NCBI GenBank assembly: GCA_963749705.1
Contig: CAVVNQ010000008.1
Location: 96,001 to 160,000, forward strand
Reading direction: 5' to 3'
Length of the DNA stretch: 64,000 bases
From: an uncultured Chloroflexia bacterium
GTDB taxonomy: Bacteria; Chloroflexota; Limnocylindria; Limnocylindrales; CSP1-4
This document shows, in pieces, positions 58,897 through 64,000 of the stretch (the first letter of the stretch is position 1; each line of letters opens with the position of its first letter). The notes beneath the pieces were generated by a model. That model worked only from the letters and a program-made list of their open reading frames with translations, did not search any database and had not been told where the DNA came from. A program made the position numbers and the translations under genes.

Positions 58897-60300
58897 CTAG
58901 GCCAGCACGCGTCCGGGGTTCAGCAGGTCGCGCGGATCGAGCGCGTGCTTGATCGCGCGCATCACGTCGACCACGGCCTCTCCGCGCTGGCGGACCAGCC
59001 ACTCTCGGCGGGCGGCGCCGATGCCGTGCTCGCCGGTCACCGTGCCGCCCAGGGCGAGCGCCGCCTCGTACAGGTCGTGGCGCGCGGCCTCGAGCCGGGC
59101 GACCGACTGCGCCTCGTCGTCGCGCGACAGGATGAACGTGGGATGCAGGTTTCCGTCGCCCGCGTGCCCGAACGTCCCGACCGGCAGCTCGTGCCGCTCC
59201 GAGATCTCCTCGATCGCACGCAGCATCGCCGGGATCCGGCCGCGCGGCACCCCGACGTCCTCCATGCGGGCGACGCCCAGGTGCTCGAGCGCCCGGAACG
59301 CGAGCCGCCTGCCCTCGCGCAGCCACTCGGCCTCCTGTGGATCGGCCGCCCGGACGACCAGCGTCGCGCCGGCGAGCGTGCACACCGGCTCCGCGGCCTC
59401 GAGCTCGACCCGACCCGCGTCCCCGGGCAGGTCCGACTCGACCAGGAGCATCGCGGCCGCGTCCCGGTCCAGCCCCAGCCGGTGGACATCGTCGACCGCC
59501 CGGATCGTGAACCGGTCCATCAGCTCCAGGGTGACCGGGCCAAGCCCGCTCCGGGTCAGCCCGGCGACCGCGTCGCCCGCGGATTCGAGGGTCGGGAAGA
59601 AGGCGAGCATCGTCGCTCGAGGCGGCGGCGTGGGCCGCAGCCGCAGCGTGGCCTCGGTCATCAGGCCCAGCGTGCCCTGGCTGCCCACGAGCAGCGGGAT
59701 CAGGCCGTAGCCCGCGACATCCTTGACGTTCTTGCCGCCCAGCCGGACGACCGTCGCGTCGGCCATCACGACCTCCAGCCCGAGCACGGCGTCGCGCGTC
59801 ACCCCGTACTTGACGCAGCACAGGCCACCCGCGTTGGTGCCCAGGTTGCCGCCGATCGTGCACGTCTCGTACGACGCGGGATCCGGCGCGTAGAACAGGC
59901 CCTCGGCCGCGACCGCCGCCTTGAGGTCGGCGTTGACGACGCCGGGCTGCGTGGTCACGGTGAGGTTCTCGTGGTCGATCTCGAGCACCCGGCTCATCCG
60001 CGTGAACGCGATGGTGAGCGCGCCCTCGATGCCGGCCGAGCCACCCGACAGCCCGGTCCCGGCGCCGCGGGGCACGATCGGCACGTCATGCTCGGCGCAC
60101 AGTCGCACGAGCTCCACGACCTGGTCGGTGTCCTCGGGCAGGGCGACCGCGAGCGGCATGCCGGCCGGCAGGTATGCGGTCTCGTCGCGCCGATGGGCTT
60201 CACGATCGACCGGGTCGGTCAGCAGCCGCAGCTCGGGCAGGCGTGCACCGATCGACCGCAGCAGCGCGGGTCCGTCACCTCGGGTCTGCGTGGGGGCCAT
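58897..60300 (-). CDS. FAD-linked oxidase, glycolate oxidase GlcD-like
   Basis: PRGAGTGLSGG, PDPAS, TIGGN, KYGVTRD, GSQGTLG, GHAGDGNLH, GEHGIG, LNPG. Confidence 0.93.
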   Translation of the reverse strand: MAPTQTRGDGPALLRSIGARLPELRLLTDPVDREAHRRDETAYLPAGMPLAVALPEDTDQVVELVRLCAEHDVPIVPRGAGTGLSGGSAGIEGALTIAFTRMSRVLEIDHENLTVTTQPGVVNADLKAAVAAEGLFYAPDPASYETCTIGGNLGTNAGGLCCVKYGVTRDAVLGLEVVMADATVVRLGGKNVKDVAGYGLIPLLVGSQGTLGLMTEATLRLRPTPPPRATMLAFFPTLESAGDAVAGLTRSGLGPVTLELMDRFTIRAVDDVHRLGLDRDAAAMLLVESDLPGDAGRVELEAAEPVCTLAGATLVVRAADPQEAEWLREGRRLAFRALEHLGVARMEDVGVPRGRIPAMLRAIEEISERHELPVGTFGHAGDGNLHPTFILSRDDEAQSVARLEAARHDLYEAALALGGTVTGEHGIGAARREWLVRQRGEAVVDVMRAIKHALDPRDLLNPGRVLA

Positions 60301-60365
60301 CGGCAAAGTATCGCGCACCGCCGGAGCGGGCCGGAGCGGACGGGCGCCCGGCGTACGATCCCGAG

Positions 60366-61889
60366 ATGCCGTGGACACGTCAGCGCCGAGCTGCCGCACT
60401 GGCCCTGGCCGGGCTCGCGTTGGTCGCGGCGTCCGCGTACCTGCTCGCAGCGCGGCCCGGCGCCGCGGCGCCGTCGATCAACCCGACGAGCGGTCCGTCT
60501 GCCTCCGCGGGCGTCGCCGATCCGGCGCAGTCGAGCTTGTCCGCGGCGCCGGGAGCCACGGACGGCATGGCGCCGACCATCGGACCGCCAGCCGCGCCGA
60601 CGGCCGCACCGACCGCCACGCCCGAGCCAAGCCCGGCTCCGGCGACTGCGATCGTCCCGGGCCACATCGACCGGTCGAGCATGGACATCCGTGCGACCTA
60701 CTTCGTCGACGTCCGGCTCGCCGTCGCGGCCCGGACCCTCGGCGGCACGGTCACCATCGTGGCGACCAACCGCTCGGGCGACGGCATCGACCGCCTCGAG
60801 CTCAACACGGTGCTGGCGCCGCTGGGCCGGTTGAAGCTGGGCACCGTGACGGTCGACGGATCGAGGGTCACGCCGACCATCGATGACCAGACGCTCATCG
60901 TCCCGCTGGGCGGCGTCCTGCCCGATGGCGCGACCGCGACCCTGGTCATCCCGTTCTCGGCCACGCTCCGGTCCGGGATCGCGGGGTCGGACTGGCTGCT
61001 CACGCGCGCGAACGGCGTCGTCGACCTGTATCGCTGGATCCCATGGATCAGCCGATCGACGCCGTTCAGCCGGCCAAACCACGGGGACCCGTTCGTGACC
61101 CCGGTGAGCCCGCAGGTCAGCGTCCGGCTCCAGACCGATGTGCCGATGGTCGTGGCCACGACCGGGGTCGAGACATCGGCCGGCGACGACGGCCGGTTGC
61201 GGACCTTCAGCGCCGTCAACGTCCGGGACTTCACGCTGGCGGCCGCCGCGGACTATCGAACGTCCAGGGCGCAGGTTGACGGCACGGAGATCCGGGTCCT
61301 TACGCGGCCCGGCGGCCCCGCCGCGGCGATGCTCACGGCCGCGAAGTCGGCGCTGTCCAAGCTCGAGGCGCGGCTCGGGCCCTACCCCTACCCCGTGCTC
61401 GAGGTCGTCCAGTCCGCCGGCGGCTACGGGATGGAGGGGCCGGGCGTGGCGTGGATCCCGACCGGCGTCGCCGCGGCAAACCTGACGTATCTCGTGACCC
61501 ACGAGATCGCGCATCAGTGGTTCTACGGGATCGTGGGCAACGACCAGGCCCGCGACCCGTTCGCCGACGAGGCCGCCGCCGACTTCGCCGCCCGGGACGT
61601 CCTGGGCATGCGGCGGGCATCGCGATGTGCAACCGCCCCGCTCGATCGGAGCATCTACCGCTACCCGAGCGCGTGCTATTACGAGACGATCTACATCCAG
61701 GGCGGCAACCTGCTGGAGGCGGCGCGAACGAAGATGGGCTCGGCAGCGTTCTGGGCGGCCATTCGCGGCTACCTCGCGGACCATCGCTGGGGGCTGGTCG
61801 AGACGCGCACGCTGCTCGATGCGCTGGACGCGGCGACGCCGGTCAACCTCGAGACATGGTGGCGCGGCCGTTTCCCGACGCTCTACTGA
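60366..61889 (+). CDS. Exported M1-family (gluzincin) metallopeptidase
   Basis: Signal/TM segment, Pro/Thr linker, GYGMEGP, THEIAHQWF, DEAAA. Confidence 0.88.
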   Translation: MPWTRQRRAAALALAGLALVAASAYLLAARPGAAAPSINPTSGPSASAGVADPAQSSLSAAPGATDGMAPTIGPPAAPTAAPTATPEPSPAPATAIVPGHIDRSSMDIRATYFVDVRLAVAARTLGGTVTIVATNRSGDGIDRLELNTVLAPLGRLKLGTVTVDGSRVTPTIDDQTLIVPLGGVLPDGATATLVIPFSATLRSGIAGSDWLLTRANGVVDLYRWIPWISRSTPFSRPNHGDPFVTPVSPQVSVRLQTDVPMVVATTGVETSAGDDGRLRTFSAVNVRDFTLAAAADYRTSRAQVDGTEIRVLTRPGGPAAAMLTAAKSALSKLEARLGPYPYPVLEVVQSAGGYGMEGPGVAWIPTGVAAANLTYLVTHEIAHQWFYGIVGNDQARDPFADEAAADFAARDVLGMRRASRCATAPLDRSIYRYPSACYYETIYIQGGNLLEAARTKMGSAAFWAAIRGYLADHRWGLVETRTLLDALDAATPVNLETWWRGRFPTLY

Positions 61890-61918
61890 CGACGGCGCAC
61901 GGAGACGGACGGAGACGG

Positions 61919-62518
61919 ATGGCACCGATGGATCCCGCACCGGCGACCCTCAGGCTCGCGACGCCCGACGATGGGGCGGCGTGTGCCGCGATCTACCGGC
62001 CCTATGTCGAGTCGACGGCCGTGTCGTTCGAGCAGACGCCGCCGGAGGCGGCGGAGATGGGGAGCCGGATCGCGCGCACGATCGAGCGCACTCCCTGGTT
62101 GGTCGCCGACGTCGAGGGCACGGTCCGCGCCTACGCCTATGCGTCACGCCACCGCGAGCGGGCCGCGTACGACTGGACGGCCGAGACCACCGTCTACGTC
62201 GACGAGGCATTCACCGGGCGGGGGCTCGGGCGGGCGTCGATGACCGCGCTGCTCGCGATCCTCCGCGTCCAGGGCTTCCACCTCGCGGTGGCTGGCGTCA
62301 CGCTGCCCAACCCGGGCTCCGTGGCGCTGCACCGGTCGCTCGGCTTCACGCGGATCGGCGAGTTCGAGGCGATCGGCTACAAGCAGGGGCGGTGGCACGG
62401 GGTCGAGTGGTACGGGCTGGAGCTCGGCCCCCGGGATCCGGGCCCGCTGCCGATCCGGCCGATCTCGTCGCTGGCCGGAACACCTGAGCTGGAACGAGCG
62501 CTGGGCGTGGCGACCTAG
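61919..62518 (+). CDS. GNAT N-acetyltransferase (phosphinothricin acetyltransferase-like)
   Basis: VSFEQTPP, AYDWTAETTVYV, GRGLG, PNPGSVALHRSLGF, GYKQGRWH. Confidence 0.92.
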   Translation: MAPMDPAPATLRLATPDDGAACAAIYRPYVESTAVSFEQTPPEAAEMGSRIARTIERTPWLVADVEGTVRAYAYASRHRERAAYDWTAETTVYVDEAFTGRGLGRASMTALLAILRVQGFHLAVAGVTLPNPGSVALHRSLGFTRIGEFEAIGYKQGRWHGVEWYGLELGPRDPGPLPIRPISSLAGTPELERALGVAT

Positions 62519-62558
62519 CGGCGATCGCGCCGCGCGGCGATCGCGCCGCGCGGCGATC
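62518..62558. repeat. Tandem 16-bp quasi-palindrome (about 2.5 copies) between convergent genes
   Basis: GCGGCGATCGCGCCGC twice plus a partial copy. Confidence 0.7.
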
Positions 62559-62582
62559 CGGTCGCGCTGGATCGCGCGGTGC

Positions 62583-63553
62583 CTAGGTCCGCGGCCGGGC
62601 TTCCGCAGCCAGCGCCTGCGGGAACCAGCGCCAGCTCGGCGGGAGGAGCGGGCGCCATGCGCCCCAGGCCGAGACCAGGTACCGCTCGATCACCCGCTCC
62701 CGGATCCCCCACGCCAGCCCGTACTCGGCGCGTGTCGAGGCCGGCAGGAGGCCGATGGACGGCACGAGGAGCCAGTCGATGGCACCTGCCGGGATGCGAC
62801 GCAGCAGGCTCGCGACCGCCGGCGACAGGCCGCCCAGCCGGTCAGCGATCGGGCCATGCTCGGCGAGCGGCGCGAGGTCCGGGTGCAGGATCACCGCCGC
62901 CAGCTCGCGCGCGGTCGCAGAAGGATGCACCGGCCCATCGGCGGCCAGCATCGCGGCCATGTAGGCGTCGAACGCGTCGATGTCGGCGGAAGCCGATCAG
63001 CCGGAACCCCGAACAATCGGCCGATGGGGATCGTCTCGGCATAGAAGCGGGCGCGGCGGTCCGCGGACAGCGGCTCCAGCCACGCGTCCACCGTGGCGAG
63101 CGTCGAATCGACGAGCGTCGCGTGGACCCACAGCGACAGGTCCGCGTCGCGGGCCCGGTACGTCGCCCCGAACCTCGCGGCGGACGCCGCGTCGCGGACC
63201 GGCCCGGTGACCGCGCCGTGGAGCATGTTGAGGCGGCGGATCTCCGCGCGCGCCGCGGGACCCGTCCCATACACGATGCGCAGGTAGCTGCGCAGCGTGC
63301 CGGACAGCCGCGCCCACGGGTCCGAGCGGAAGTCCGAGTGCTGGTCCACGCCCTCCGCCACCAGCGGGTGGGCGATCTGGAGCAGCAGCGCGCGCGGCCC
63401 GGCGCCGAGCAGCAGCGACGCCTCTCGATTGAGCCGCCACGCCTCGGAGGAGGGGCCGTACAGCCCGGCGACGCCATCCGCGGCGCGGTCCGTGGTGCGC
63501 GCGGCGGGACCCGGGGGCGCGGAGTCGGCCGGGTGCCCCGGAGCGGGCGTCAG
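62583..63553 (-). CDS. MpaB/DUF2236 oxygenase-like protein, frameshift near 62988; start uncertain
   Basis: YGPSSEAW, RALLLQIAHPLVAEGVDQHS, LWVHATL; continues DAFDAYMAAML..IGLLP in the shifted frame. Confidence 0.85.
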
Positions 63554-64000
63554 CGCTCGCTGGGTCGGCGCCCGACGACCCACCAGGCCACCGGGAACAC
63601 CGCCGCCGCGGCCAGCAGCTTGATCGTGTCGAACACGACGAACGGCTGGAGCCCCTTGGCGATCGCATCGGCCGGGCTCAGGTGCGCGACCTGGGCCAGC
63701 CACGGGACGCCGATCGCGTAGATCACGAGCGTGCCCAGCAGCGTCGCACCGACCGCGCCGCCGATCCGCCGGTCCCAGCCGAGCTCGGCGAGCCGCCCGA
63801 CCAGCGCCGCGGCGACGATGAAGCCGACGAGGTATCCGCCATTGGTGCCGAGGATGATGTCCAGGCCGCCCCTGCCCTCCGCGAAGAACGGCAGCCCGAC
63901 CGCACCCAGCGCGACGTACAGCAGGCCGGCGAGCCCGCCCCGGCGCATGCCCAGCCCGCCGCCCACCACGAGCACCCCGAAGTTCTGGAGCGTGAACGGC
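63550..64000 (-). CDS. bioY: Biotin transporter BioY, 5' end off window
   Basis: PFTLQNFGV, GAVGLPFFA, GTNGGYLVGF, IYAIGVPWL, PFVVFDTIK. Confidence 0.93.
   Translation of the reverse strand, partial: PFTLQNFGVLVVGGGLGMRRGGLAGLLYVALGAVGLPFFAEGRGGLDIILGTNGGYLVGFIVAAALVGRLAELGWDRRIGGAVGATLLGTLVIYAIGVPWLAQVAHLSPADAIAKGLQPFVVFDTIKLLAAAAVFPVAWWVVGRRPSER

Noticed and set aside
61899-61918. ACGGAGACGG direct repeat before the GNAT gene
   Set aside because: 10-bp duplication of the SD region; likely slippage
1-64000. Many very long alternative-frame and antisense ORFs (e.g. 27772-32418, 32494-36363, 39088-41901)
   Set aside because: Arg/Gly/Pro-rich shadows of real genes caused by stop-codon scarcity at high GC; no motifs

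Overview
Very GC-rich, gene-dense bacterial chromosome segment; gene content and style suggest Chloroflexota, possibly Ca. Limnocylindria (inference only). About 50 CDSs: a sugar ABC/GntR/GH4 locus, gdhA, DegV, MFS transporters, ggt, azlCD, an M20 peptidase, a cyanophycin locus (cphB-cphA plus a second CphA-like gene lacking the ATP-grasp domain), an ECF sigma/anti-sigma pair, a NarL-type two-component system beside a ferredoxin-GltD-like flavoprotein and two paralogous unknown membrane proteins, an lhr-nei operon with a LexA-like box, an XRE-HTH/nuclease-like gene preceded by a long predicted RNA rod, an acyl-CoA ligase, a truncated acuC, tatA, NUDIX-MBL, YyaL, ligD and ku, a CWB2-anchored subtilase, an RmuC-like nuclease, GlcD, an M1 peptidase, a GNAT, an MpaB-like gene and bioY. 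I found no rRNA, tRNA, CRISPR array, integrase or transposase. Five single-base frameshifts look like long-read errors. Best candidates for undescribed systems: (1) the two-component-controlled flavoprotein plus membrane-protein-pair module (26.6-32.2 kb), (2) the structured RNA plus HTH-nuclease unit (37.85-38.86 kb), (3) the G-domain-less CphA paralog. All calls come from reading motifs by eye; no database searches were run.
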